From the IMG/VR virus record IMGVR_UViG_3300037418_001469: 64,000 nucleotides of DNA; one strand, 5' to 3'. Positions 42,504 to 52,300 of this stretch are shown here, in pieces. How positions within the stretch are numbered: the first letter of the stretch is position 1; every line of letters begins with the position of its first letter. This DNA is from a virus. Below the pieces are notes generated by a model that made no database searches, was not told the origin of the DNA, and was given only the letters and a program-made list of their open reading frames with translations. The translations under genes and the position numbers were made by a program.

Positions 42504-42529
42504 TTTATAGTACAATTATATTATATTAA

Positions 42530-43450
42530 TTAAGTTAATGCAGGTAGTGTAGCGTAACGCATAGCACGCTTATCAATGATAGCGAACCCAATTTCTTCCC
42601 AAGCTAGTACGCCTGCACGAAGACGATTGATTGCATCAGGCTTGTCATAAGTAGTCATACCAGTACGGATAGGCATAACACCTAACTTAGTTGTATCAAA
42701 CATGAATAACTCATTGTCGCCTAGTCCACGAAGTTCAACGATATTAACTCCGTATACAGAACCCATACCACCTTGCTTGAATAACTCTCTGCGAGTTACA
42801 TCATCAATATCAGTAGCAGACCAGTCACGAATTTGTGATGCTCTACGAGGAGATACATAGATTACATTTGGCTCAGTTGCTCCAACTGCTCTCATATCAG
42901 TGATGATTTTGTTGAACAATTTACGAGAAAGAGTTGTTTCACTATGTACGATTGTGTTAGATGCATCAATAGCACCACGGATAGTGTCCCATCCTGCTTT
43001 TTCTTCTGCACGAACGAAAGATTCAGCTAATTTTTCAAGAGCACGCTCAACGATGTTGTAACGAGCGTCACGAACAAAAGCTAATTTCCATTCTACAGAG
43101 TTAGCTACTTCAAAAGTAGGAACGATTAAGCTATCTCCAACTACTAAGTTTTGAGGAATAGCGCCAAGACGAGGCATTACTACCGCAGTCTCGATATCGT
43201 CCATATCAATTGGATATTCAGCTAGTGACCCCGCAGGTAATGTATCTACCATAAAAATCTCACGAACAGTTGAGATAGGTGCAACAGCTTTCAAGATAGG
43301 TACAGATAGGCTAGCCGCAAATGACTTACGGATTTCTTCGTTTTCGGCAGTAGCTTTGAAATCATTGATAAAAGTAGTTAGTTCTTCGCCTGCTAATGCC
43401 TTATTTTCTTTAAGGCTGTAAGCTAAAGAAATTTTATATTCATTTAACAT
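42530..43450 (-). CDS. major capsid protein (HK97 fold)
   Basis: 306 aa, synteny after scaffold and decoration genes, highly expressed codon bias. Confidence 0.8.
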   Translation of the reverse strand: MLNEYKISLAYSLKENKALAGEELTTFINDFKATAENEEIRKSFAASLSVPILKAVAPISTVREIFMVDTLPAGSLAEYPIDMDDIETAVVMPRLGAIPQNLVVGDSLIVPTFEVANSVEWKLAFVRDARYNIVERALEKLAESFVRAEEKAGWDTIRGAIDASNTIVHSETTLSRKLFNKIITDMRAVGATEPNVIYVSPRRASQIRDWSATDIDDVTRRELFKQGGMGSVYGVNIVELRGLGDNELFMFDTTKLGVMPIRTGMTTYDKPDAINRLRAGVLAWEEIGFAIIDKRAMRYATLPALT

Positions 43451-43485
43451 TTAATTTAACCTCCATTATTAGTTATTATTTTTAA

Positions 43486-43929
43486 TTAGTTAGCTAGGTT
43501 GCCAACAAGACGGATACGGATTTTATCTCCTGCATTAGTTCCTGCTGTTTCAGCGATAGCTACATGCTTAGTGTTACCTGCTGTAGGAGCAGTCTTAGTT
43601 AATTTACCACCTGCACCTGCATATAACTTATCACCTACTGCAATAGTACCGTCAAGAGTTTGGTCAGTGATGTAAACACCACCACCGAAGTATACACCAA
43701 CTTTTTCACCGTAGTATGCAACATGAGTTACAGAATCTAACTTAAAATTGTTAACTGTACGAGAAATAACTTTTTGTGCTAGGATACCGTAAACAGAATC
43801 ACCAGTAGCACCTCCAACAGCTACAGCAACAGAATCACCATTTAACTTTACAAGTACACCTGCTTCAAGGTCAGTTGATGGTGCTTTATAGTGAACTGCT
43901 AATTCACCTTCAAAAATAGCTTTTAACAT
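43486..43929 (-). CDS. capsid decoration/cement protein
   Basis: AG.LVKL..GIL..G.Y.TDQ..VGDKLY.GAGGKLT motif immediately upstream of MCP. Confidence 0.7.
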   Translation of the reverse strand: MLKAIFEGELAVHYKAPSTDLEAGVLVKLNGDSVAVAVGGATGDSVYGILAQKVISRTVNNFKLDSVTHVAYYGEKVGVYFGGGVYITDQTLDGTIAVGDKLYAGAGGKLTKTAPTAGNTKHVAIAETAGTNAGDKIRIRLVGNLAN

Positions 43930-43961
43930 TATGAATTTCCTCCTTAGAAAATTAGTTTTTA

Positions 43962-45533
43962 TTATTCAGACAAATGTCCGAATGGCTTAATTACTTTTGG
44001 TTGCGGTGTTTCGATATTAAGGTCAGTAGCCTCAGCTTTTTCAACTTCAACTTCAACTTCCTCAACAACTTCTTCCTGAACAACTTCTTCAACTACTTCC
44101 TCTGCAACAACTTGAGTATTCTTACCTAGTAATTCAGATAAGAACTCCTTATAGTCAACAAAAGAATCATTATCCATAGCAGAAACCTTTTCGATTTCTT
44201 TAGACTTACGAGCCTCAGAAAATTCAATACCTAATTCAGAAAGTTCAGCTAAACGAGATGCTGTAACAGCTTCTTTCTCACTAGCTTCTACTTTATTCTT
44301 TAATGCATCAAAATCTGTTTTAAGACTAGCAAATGCACTATCTTTTTCTTTAAGTTTGCCCTCAAGTTCGTCTAACTTTGTTTGTAATTCAGTTGCCAAT
44401 GCTTGATAATCTGTTGAATCTTCTACAACTACTTCTTCTACTACTTCCTCTACTACTTCTGCTACTACCTCAGTTACTTCTTCGGTAACAACTTCTTGAT
44501 TTTGTAAATCCATTTCTTCACTTCCTCCCTCTTCTTTGATTGCTCCCTCTACATTAGGTTGGTTGCAAATTTCTAAGTCAAGGTCTTCACTTGCTTGACC
44601 TTTAAAGTAATCGCTATTTATATTAGAAACATCAGATAAGAGTTGTTCTATAATACTCTTAACTTCAGAAACTAACTGGTCTTTGGTTGCGATAGTCTCC
44701 TTGTTGAATCTAGAAACAATATCGCTTTTGGCTTTGTCGAATACTTTTACGAATTTTGCTACTGTTAGAGCCTCTACAGTATCTTTATCTAATGTTTTTT
44801 CGCTGAAATCGTTTGTATTTCTTATTATTTGTGCAATTGCCTTAATCTGCTCGTCAGTTAGTCCATCAACGATTTCGTTATTTTGAATAACTTCCTCAGC
44901 GTGTTTTTTAGCAACTGCTAAGAATACAGCCTCTTTGTCAGCAGGGTTTTGCACAACACCCACGCCTCCGAAAATAACATCTTTAAAAATACGAAATACT
45001 TTTTGACCCATATACTCTCTACCAACATAATCAGTAATTCCAAGCTCATTTGCTTGCTCTTGGTCAAATATCTGGTCTCCGTATTTGTAATTAGCATCCT
45101 TAAAGTAACACTCCATTGAAAGTCTCAAGCCACCTGTTACTGACTTCTCTTTGATTGTGTCTGCCATCTCAGGATAGATAAACTTCCAAATGACCCCTAT
45201 AGCCTCTATGTATGCTCTGCCTTCATTGTCTTCCGCATATCGACTGTCTAATATAGTCCCTATCATAGGTTGACCATGTTCCCAATCAATAGGCTTAAAT
45301 CTAGGTGTGTATTGCGCTCTAGATAATACATCTTTAGTGAATGTGTCGCCATTTGCATTAGAGCCTTCATGACACATAATGAATTTTGCGTACATAAGGT
45401 CAGGGTCTAAAAATAAATCTTCTCTGTCAGCTAAACCTGCGAATGATTTCTTTACTTGAGTAATATCACAAGCCTCAACAGAAACTACCTGCATATCAAT
45501 CTTCTCCAAGATTGAGTTTTTATGCTCTCCCAC
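43962..45533 (-). CDS. prohead protease/scaffold fusion
   Basis: N-terminal NANGD.F..H...LSMEC..GVGVV.NPAD protease-like motifs; acidic coiled-coil C-terminus. Confidence 0.7.
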   Translation of the reverse strand: MGEHKNSILEKIDMQVVSVEACDITQVKKSFAGLADREDLFLDPDLMYAKFIMCHEGSNANGDTFTKDVLSRAQYTPRFKPIDWEHGQPMIGTILDSRYAEDNEGRAYIEAIGVIWKFIYPEMADTIKEKSVTGGLRLSMECYFKDANYKYGDQIFDQEQANELGITDYVGREYMGQKVFRIFKDVIFGGVGVVQNPADKEAVFLAVAKKHAEEVIQNNEIVDGLTDEQIKAIAQIIRNTNDFSEKTLDKDTVEALTVAKFVKVFDKAKSDIVSRFNKETIATKDQLVSEVKSIIEQLLSDVSNINSDYFKGQASEDLDLEICNQPNVEGAIKEEGGSEEMDLQNQEVVTEEVTEVVAEVVEEVVEEVVVEDSTDYQALATELQTKLDELEGKLKEKDSAFASLKTDFDALKNKVEASEKEAVTASRLAELSELGIEFSEARKSKEIEKVSAMDNDSFVDYKEFLSELLGKNTQVVAEEVVEEVVQEEVVEEVEVEVEKAEATDLNIETPQPKVIKPFGHLSE

Positions 45534-45547
45534 TTTTTATCACCACC

Positions 45548-47770
45548 TTAGTTGAAATCTAGTTCACAACGACAATGTGCATGTGGTCGTGGTGGAATAT
45601 TTCCTAATTGAAAGGATTGCCCATCAAGACCTCTACATGTTGCACAGGTCATATCATCAAGGTGTGCTCTCCAAGTGGCAGTAGAATTACCTAAGAACTC
45701 ATTACCTTGAATCTTAGCCTGCCTAGTTGAATCTAAAATAATAGCTTCTGACATAGCAGGTACTCTAAAAGCATTAGAATTAAATGCCTTATTTACCGCA
45801 ACATTAACTGGTAGTTCTTTAGAAAGATTTTGCAGTATTTGTGTTTTTATGTCGCTAGCTAGTTTTTGAACATAGCTGTTATTCCAATTCTTTAGTTCTT
45901 TTTTAGCCAGATTAGTTTTGTTAATATCAACATGAACAGAGTAGTTTGAAATCTCGCTGTTATACGATTCTTCTATGTATCTGTCGCCAATATGACTAAA
46001 CGATTTAAACAATCCAAGTAATGCACCTGTTAGTAAAATTGCCAGTAGTTCATCATTCTTATCTTGATTATCCTCTACCAATTTAATAACATCGGCTTTA
46101 ATTGAATTGTAGTAATCTACTAACTCAGTTTCATATTCTTCTTCTAGTTGCGTAGAATATGCCATAGCCTGGTTTGCCTTAGATTTTGGTGGATTTCCAC
46201 TATTTTGCTCAGGTGTTGTCGTCCGTTTCTTCATAGGTTTTTGTGGCTGACCAGTAGGTTTTCCACTGTTTGGACCAGTTTGACCACCTTGGAAAGGTTG
46301 TTCAGGTGGGAAGAATAATTTAGAGTTCTTCTCATTTCTTTTCTTTGTTTCTATAATAGATTCATAGTCACGACCAGTTTCTTTGAGAATGTCTTCTTCA
46401 TCAAGTAATCCTCTGTCATACATAGCAAGCAATACATCACGAATATAATTGTCTTCCCTAAGATTCATTTTGTTGAATTGTACCTTCGGAACTACTTTAA
46501 ATCCATTTTCATCAGCAACACGCTTGTATTCGTCTTCTAGCCACTGAACTACTTTGTGTCTTGTGTTGTCTAGTCTTTCGATTAATGATAGAATTGAAAC
46601 CCACGCAGTTGAAAAGTTAGAACCTTGACCATCAATTAAAACACGACTTACTCCAAGACCTGCTAATATATCATCATTCACTTGTTTGTATTTGTCTTGT
46701 GTTAATGTGTCAAGACCTTCAGGTTTATGGAATTGAACTTGTAAAGTATGATTCCAAAATACTGTATATGACTTACTAGGTGTTTGAAATAGCTGTGCAA
46801 TTGCTTCTAAATCATCATCATCAGCAGGATATTCATCATTTCCAATAGTTACAGTAACAAGCTGATTTATCAAGCCTTCGATTGTAGACATATCCATCAT
46901 TCTTAATTTTTGTTTATACATAATTGGCTCGAATACTCTCTCTAAGAAAGGCGTTGCATATCTTTCGTATGGCTGTTTTTTTCTGGTAATTCGAGTATAT
47001 AGATTAGGGTCTAAAGGCATTAAACCTTTCCCTGACCTTAATGCTTTCTTCATATCATCAGGAATCAAATTCATTAATTTGGAATCTTTATCTTTGAAGA
47101 TTTTAACTGTGTCACCATCTAATTGTAGGTAAGCCATTTCTTGATTAAATAATAAAGGACCTTCTATATGTACATTCATAGGATTTAAGATTGTATATCC
47201 GCTAGGAAAATCAAATGTTTCCTTAGCTGTAGCTTTAGAAGTTTTTTTAGTCTTAGTGACCTTAGCGTTTTTATTGCTTCTGTATATAGATACATTTCCA
47301 CTTCTATAGTACTCTAAGAATATTTGCTCTATTATCTCTTTTAACCTAATCTGTTTTCCCCACTCGTCATAAAGTTTTTTAATCTCTTTATCCTCGCACT
47401 CATTTTCAAAACCACTTGCACTAAAATCAACCATCATATCAATAACAGTACCAATAATAGGCTCTTTAAAATATAGCTCTGTTGCTAATCTTATTTTTTC
47501 ATGTGGGTCTAAAGGAGTTTTTAATGCTTGTGTATAAGGTTTATTATTTGAGTTGTACATATTCTGATAGTCGTTCAATGTAGGTTCATATCGACTTTTA
47601 ACACTGCCTTTTCCTATTTTAAAATCATCAGCCATAGTGTAACTAACACCTGATTCATCTAATTGACTAACATATTTACTTAGTTCAGTAGTGTCAACTT
47701 TAAAAGTAACTTGCTTTCTGCCATTACCCAAGTCTAATTTTTCTACAATATTATCATTACTCTCTGTCAT
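45548..47770 (-). CDS. portal protein with C-terminal MuF-like domain
   Basis: follows TerL; C-terminal DDMTCATCRGLDG..PPRPHAHCRC is the MuF/gp7 signature. Confidence 0.75.
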   Translation of the reverse strand: MTESNDNIVEKLDLGNGRKQVTFKVDTTELSKYVSQLDESGVSYTMADDFKIGKGSVKSRYEPTLNDYQNMYNSNNKPYTQALKTPLDPHEKIRLATELYFKEPIIGTVIDMMVDFSASGFENECEDKEIKKLYDEWGKQIRLKEIIEQIFLEYYRSGNVSIYRSNKNAKVTKTKKTSKATAKETFDFPSGYTILNPMNVHIEGPLLFNQEMAYLQLDGDTVKIFKDKDSKLMNLIPDDMKKALRSGKGLMPLDPNLYTRITRKKQPYERYATPFLERVFEPIMYKQKLRMMDMSTIEGLINQLVTVTIGNDEYPADDDDLEAIAQLFQTPSKSYTVFWNHTLQVQFHKPEGLDTLTQDKYKQVNDDILAGLGVSRVLIDGQGSNFSTAWVSILSLIERLDNTRHKVVQWLEDEYKRVADENGFKVVPKVQFNKMNLREDNYIRDVLLAMYDRGLLDEEDILKETGRDYESIIETKKRNEKNSKLFFPPEQPFQGGQTGPNSGKPTGQPQKPMKKRTTTPEQNSGNPPKSKANQAMAYSTQLEEEYETELVDYYNSIKADVIKLVEDNQDKNDELLAILLTGALLGLFKSFSHIGDRYIEESYNSEISNYSVHVDINKTNLAKKELKNWNNSYVQKLASDIKTQILQNLSKELPVNVAVNKAFNSNAFRVPAMSEAIILDSTRQAKIQGNEFLGNSTATWRAHLDDMTCATCRGLDGQSFQLGNIPPRPHAHCRCELDFN

Positions 47771-47831
47771 TTATGTGGCTCACTCCCTTCTTCTATATAT
47801 ATTTAAGAAACATAACAAAAAACTTTGCAAC

Positions 47832-49466
47832 CTACCAACTGCTATTCGTTAGATATGAGGTCCTTGCGAATCCCTTTGATAGCTTTTTAACAGGTGGACC
47901 TCCCCAATCTCTTTGTAGTTCTCTAGCTCCTTGACATGCAAGTAAGAAAGCAGAGTATCTATCTTTTTTCATTTTTTGTTTAGGTGTATCGAAATGTAAC
48001 ATACCTGATTTCATAGGAGTCGGAACAATAGTCATAGTTTCGGTAATCATAGATTCTATTTCGTCAAATATATTTCTAAATACCATGCCATCATCTTCTT
48101 CTGTTTGGGGTTGAGTTGGCATGATTACTCTGTTCTTCTCTAGGTCTGCTCTTAGGTCATAGTTCATAGTATTGATTGATGTAGCACTAAATACTTGCAT
48201 TTTAAGTATTCGCTCACCAGTTAGATATTGCTGGTCTTCGTCATCCATGTCAATAATAGCAGGGTCAGTTCTCCAAATATTAGCAGATGCGTCAAACCAA
48301 GCATACTCTTCTGCTAAAGCATCTTTGATTGTCAAACCTCCACCACCATTATCCATATGTAGCCTAACTACCTTACCGCCATTCTTACTGTATTGCCTCA
48401 TCATAAACCTTATAAAATCATGCATCTCAGGGAATGTATTACGATGCAATGAATAGCAGGCTACAATTTTATTAGGATTTCCTAGTTTTAAAACTGTCAA
48501 AGCGAAGTTATCTCCACTACGAGCAGGGTCAATTCCGAATACATATTCTGAACCTCTACTACCTTCTGCCTCAATAAGTACAGATGCCTTCCTAGCACCA
48601 TACATTAATTTAGCAGGAAAGAATCCATCTGACTCAGCAGGGAATAAACACTCGTACTCCATTTGAAATTGTAATTCTGATAACTGCTGTTTCGCCTCTG
48701 CGATAATAGCTTCATCCATCCAACCTTTAGGCATATCATAAACAGAGAACACATGTAATCCGTAATTAGGGTTGTACTCTTCACTTTTTTTATCTGACTT
48801 CTCTTTGTAGGCGAGATACTTGTCGTAGAGATGATTGAATTGATAATAAGCAGAGCTAGCCATAACAAGGTGGTTTTTGCGACCTGTTGTATCAAATGGG
48901 TCCTGCTTAACATTCATCATAGGTAAGATAACTAAGTTGATGATTGTGTCAGGAATTTGTGCTACCTCATCCATAACTAGAGTGTTAGCACGAGCACCAC
49001 GAATCTTATTTCCGTCACCTAGGGGATAACATATAATTTTTGAACCGTTATCTAGGTGGTGTTCACAGCTATTTGGACCCTTAGTAGGTGCCCTGACAGT
49101 TGCCTGCCTAAGTAATGGTGATTCATCATAAAACTTAATTATTTCATCAAATGTAAATTGTGCTTGTCGATATGAAGATGATGCGACTACACATTTTTCA
49201 CGAGGATATAGCATAGCTTTAAGAATACAATAAAGAGCCAATAAGAATGTCTTACCGCCACCACGAGTAAGTATAAGTAGGTTAAACTGGTGATTCCATA
49301 GACCTCTTATAATAAGTCGTTGATGCACAGCGAGTCTTAGTGGCTTGTCGTTACGAACTAGTAATCTACTAGCCGCTATATCAGGATTCTCTATAAAAAT
49401 CTTCATCATATCTCTTTGTTCTTCATTGAACAAACTACTAATTTGAGAAGGGTTGTTATTCTCCAT
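47832..49466 (-). CDS. terL: terminase large subunit
   Basis: Walker A RGGGKT, Walker B LVMDE, nuclease GIDPARSGD...KDRYSA. Confidence 0.9.
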   Translation of the reverse strand: MENNNPSQISSLFNEEQRDMMKIFIENPDIAASRLLVRNDKPLRLAVHQRLIIRGLWNHQFNLLILTRGGGKTFLLALYCILKAMLYPREKCVVASSSYRQAQFTFDEIIKFYDESPLLRQATVRAPTKGPNSCEHHLDNGSKIICYPLGDGNKIRGARANTLVMDEVAQIPDTIINLVILPMMNVKQDPFDTTGRKNHLVMASSAYYQFNHLYDKYLAYKEKSDKKSEEYNPNYGLHVFSVYDMPKGWMDEAIIAEAKQQLSELQFQMEYECLFPAESDGFFPAKLMYGARKASVLIEAEGSRGSEYVFGIDPARSGDNFALTVLKLGNPNKIVACYSLHRNTFPEMHDFIRFMMRQYSKNGGKVVRLHMDNGGGGLTIKDALAEEYAWFDASANIWRTDPAIIDMDDEDQQYLTGERILKMQVFSATSINTMNYDLRADLEKNRVIMPTQPQTEEDDGMVFRNIFDEIESMITETMTIVPTPMKSGMLHFDTPKQKMKKDRYSAFLLACQGARELQRDWGGPPVKKLSKGFARTSYLTNSSW

Positions 49467-50148
49467 TTTCCGTCACATCATTTTCTTCACTATCAACAAT
49501 AACATATCTATCGTTAATATCAGACGACTTCTTTTCTAACATGAACTTTTCTTCTTCTTCTCTAGCTTTACGCATTTCTTCGTCTACTCCACCTTGCATT
49601 AATTCCCTAGCGAATTGCTGTGCGATTGTAGCGATATTTAAACTAGCAACTTTATCGTCTTGTTTTAGACGTTGCTTTCTTAATGCGCCTAAGTCTTCTA
49701 GTGCTGTCCGAAGTCTTCTAGTACAGTCATTTAGAGGTCTTTCAATGTCAACAGATGGGTTATTAGCCTGCTTAGTATAAAGTCTCATTAAAATTACTTC
49801 TTCCATAATTGCTGTATGCAAAATAATTTCATCTGCCGAGCCATTAACATCGTAATCATTTAGATAGAGTTCTTGTCTTGCGAAATAATATTCTTGCTCG
49901 TCTTCGTTTAGGATTTTTCTGACATAACCACCATGTCTTAAATTTGTAGGTGAATCAGAACTATTCCTTCCTACTTGTAAGTTTGCCAATGCCTTCTTCT
50001 TCCCTTCCACCGTCTTTGGTCCCGTTAAATTTTTGGCACGATTAGCCAATTTTTCGTCACTTGTAAATATAGGTGTCTTCTTCCATTCTTTACTTGCGAT
50101 ATTTTCCATTTCATTATCATCTAATTTTCGTCTTGTCATATGTATCAC
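49456..50148 (-). CDS. terminase small subunit (putative)
   Basis: TGPKT.EGK..NLRHGGY motif; overlaps terL start. Confidence 0.65.
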   Translation of the reverse strand: MIHMTRRKLDDNEMENIASKEWKKTPIFTSDEKLANRAKNLTGPKTVEGKKKALANLQVGRNSSDSPTNLRHGGYVRKILNEDEQEYYFARQELYLNDYDVNGSADEIILHTAIMEEVILMRLYTKQANNPSVDIERPLNDCTRRLRTALEDLGALRKQRLKQDDKVASLNIATIAQQFARELMQGGVDEEMRKAREEEEKFMLEKKSSDINDRYVIVDSEENDVTENGE

Positions 50149-50279
50149 TCTCCTTTAAAAAGATTGGCTATTAAGAAGACCTAATAGCCAAAACCAAGAT
50201 AGGGGAATGTAAGGGGAAGTTTTTATAGAATATCTATAATTATCATACTTATGCATTTGCTAGTTTTTATGCTGTTACC

Positions 50280-50308
50280 TTGACATTGTAGGAAGTTATT
50301 GGTAAACT
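50280..50308 (+). promoter_or_regulatory. sigmaA-type promoter for recombinase
   Basis: TTGACA-17-TAAACT with extended TG. Confidence 0.6.
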
Positions 50309-50336
50309 GTGTTATAGGAACTAATAAATTGGAGGT

Positions 50337-51176
50337 TTGATAGATATGGAAAAATATTTAAAATACTTTTTAAACTATATTCGAACTGAAAAAAACTTAT
50401 CCGAGAACACAATTATTGGCTACAAAAAAGACCTAGAGCAATATCTTGATTCTTGCAATATCAAAGTATTGGAAGACCTAAATAAACACACGATAAGAGA
50501 TTTCCTCGCTAAGATAAATGACCTAGCACCAACGACTAGAAGACGTAAGCTAGCATCTATCAGAGGATTTTTTGGATTCTTATTTGATGAAGAAATTATT
50601 AATAAGAATGAATCGTTAAGCATTAAAAATGCTAAGATTGATAAAAAGTTGCCAGTGATTATGTCTGTAAATGAAACAGCTACCGTAATCGACTCAGCAT
50701 GTAGCAAACAAGATAAAGCAATTCTAGAAACGCTATATGGAACTGGTGCTCGTATATCTGAATTAGTTGGAATCCAAATATCTGATATTGACTTTGATGC
50801 TAGAACAGTTAGGTTGTTCGGAAAAGGAAACAAAGAGAGAATTGTACCGATTAACAATGCATCATTAATCGCCATAAAAGAACATCTGGATTCTAGAGGT
50901 TTCAATAGTCCTTATGTATTCGGTAGTAGAGTTACACCTAATCATCCAATGACAGCTAGAAATGCTCGTGAAAGAGTTTATAAGAGTGGTGGCAAGGAAG
51001 TTCACCCACACATGTTTAGACATAGCTATGCTACTCACTTGCATGCTAACGGTGCTAGTATTATGGATATCAAGGAAATGTTAGGTCATGCTGACATTAG
51101 CACAACACAAATATATACTCATGTAGCAAATGAACAAATGACTAGAACATATCGTCATTCTCACCCAAGGGGTTAA
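50337..51176 (+). CDS. XerC/D-like tyrosine recombinase
   Basis: TGARISEL, GKGNKER, HPHMFRHSYATH, LGHADISTTQIY catalytic motifs. Confidence 0.9.
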   Translation: MIDMEKYLKYFLNYIRTEKNLSENTIIGYKKDLEQYLDSCNIKVLEDLNKHTIRDFLAKINDLAPTTRRRKLASIRGFFGFLFDEEIINKNESLSIKNAKIDKKLPVIMSVNETATVIDSACSKQDKAILETLYGTGARISELVGIQISDIDFDARTVRLFGKGNKERIVPINNASLIAIKEHLDSRGFNSPYVFGSRVTPNHPMTARNARERVYKSGGKEVHPHMFRHSYATHLHANGASIMDIKEMLGHADISTTQIYTHVANEQMTRTYRHSHPRG

Positions 51177-51795
51177 GACTCTCTCTGAGTTTCTTGACTC
51201 CTCTTTTTGTTGCCCTAGAAACATTAGCTTGGTTAATATTTAATTCTTCTGCAATCTCTTCTTGTTTCATATCTGATAGATAATACATATTAATCAAATC
51301 TTTTTGATGTATTGTTAAACTGTCCAATCCTTGCTCAATAATAATTTTATCTATAACCGAGTTTTCATCAAAATCTTCTGAACCTAGAACACTCAATAGC
51401 TCATAGTCACTAATAATCCCAATTCCACTTTTCTGTGAATTAGCAGATATCCCATCAATACTAATAGTTCTTCTATCTTCTTTAAAGTAGTTCATTTCTT
51501 TTTTATAGTAGTTAAATATTCCGTTTCTCGATTTAGATGTTATATGTCTAATTGCAGAATCATCTAGTCTTTCATCATAGTCAAGCATAGCTTCGATTAA
51601 TTTTAAATCAATTACTTGACATACATCATCAAATTCCACACCTTTCCCTGCGAATTTTTTTGCTAATGACTTTCTAAAAGGCTCAAACATATTTAAAATT
51701 TCCATCATAGCATCTTCTCTTTTGAACTCATTTTCGTCTGCTTGAGCAACCTTAATTAAGTTTTTTACTACTACTTCAATCTCTTGTTTTGTCAT
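51142..51795 (-). CDS. phage RNA polymerase sigma factor (sigma70 family)
   Basis: region 2-like FDDVCQ..LIEAMLDYD; region 4 HTH QEEIAEELNINQANVSR. Confidence 0.8.
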   Translation of the reverse strand: MTKQEIEVVVKNLIKVAQADENEFKREDAMMEILNMFEPFRKSLAKKFAGKGVEFDDVCQVIDLKLIEAMLDYDERLDDSAIRHITSKSRNGIFNYYKKEMNYFKEDRRTISIDGISANSQKSGIGIISDYELLSVLGSEDFDENSVIDKIIIEQGLDSLTIHQKDLINMYYLSDMKQEEIAEELNINQANVSRATKRGVKKLRESLNPLGENDDMF

Positions 51796-51857
51796 TTTGC
51801 CACCTCCTTTTTATTGACCCAAATTTGGGACTATCAACTTTGGACAGTTATATATAT

Positions 51858-51921
51858 TATAATTACTAAGTAATTAAAAGATAAAAGATAATAAATATAA
51901 TATATAATTACTAAGTAATTA
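51858..51921. repeat. two copies of 19-bp TATAATTACTAAGTAATTA in an extremely AT-rich intergenic tract
   Basis: exact copies at 51858-51876 and 51903-51921, each containing palindrome TAATTACT-A-AGTAATTA. Confidence 0.8.
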
Positions 51922-52050
51922 CTAAATACATAATCAATAATAATAATAATAAATTCTTTTTAATTAATATTTAAGATTTGAACAAGAGAATTTTGCATTT
52001 GACAAAATTGAATTATAAGTGTATTATAAAAGAGTAATAAAAAAAGAGTG

Positions 52051-52287
52051 CTACATCGCACTCAAAGTTGATTCGTCTCTTTCATATACAGTCTTAGCCA
52101 AACTGTGAAGTGGAGAGAGTTTCATAAAGATGACGCAAAATCCATTGTAACATATACGATAATGCTCATCATCAATAGGGTATTTATTTCCGTATTTAAT
52201 AATATTATTTATTGCTGATGTGATTTCATCATAGGTAGCATTATAGTCAACTCTTTGTCTCCATCTGCTAACTAAATGCGTAGTCAA
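52051..52287 (-). CDS. small protein, possible RelE/DUF4258-like fold; start uncertain
   Basis: TxHxxxRWxxR...KTVY pattern shared with the 63467 ORF. Confidence 0.45.
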   Translation of the reverse strand: MTTHLVSRWRQRVDYNATYDEITSAINNIIKYGNKYPIDDEHYRICYNGFCVIFMKLSPLHSLAKTVYERDESTLSAM

Positions 52288-52300
52288 AGAAAATCTATCG

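Noticed and set aside
239-49780. Many plus-strand ORFs of 60-170 aa opposite the late genes, and short off-frame minus ORFs (e.g. 16273, 16738, 22338)
   Set aside because: Antisense or frame shadows of long genes and repeats, with no RBS or recognisable motifs
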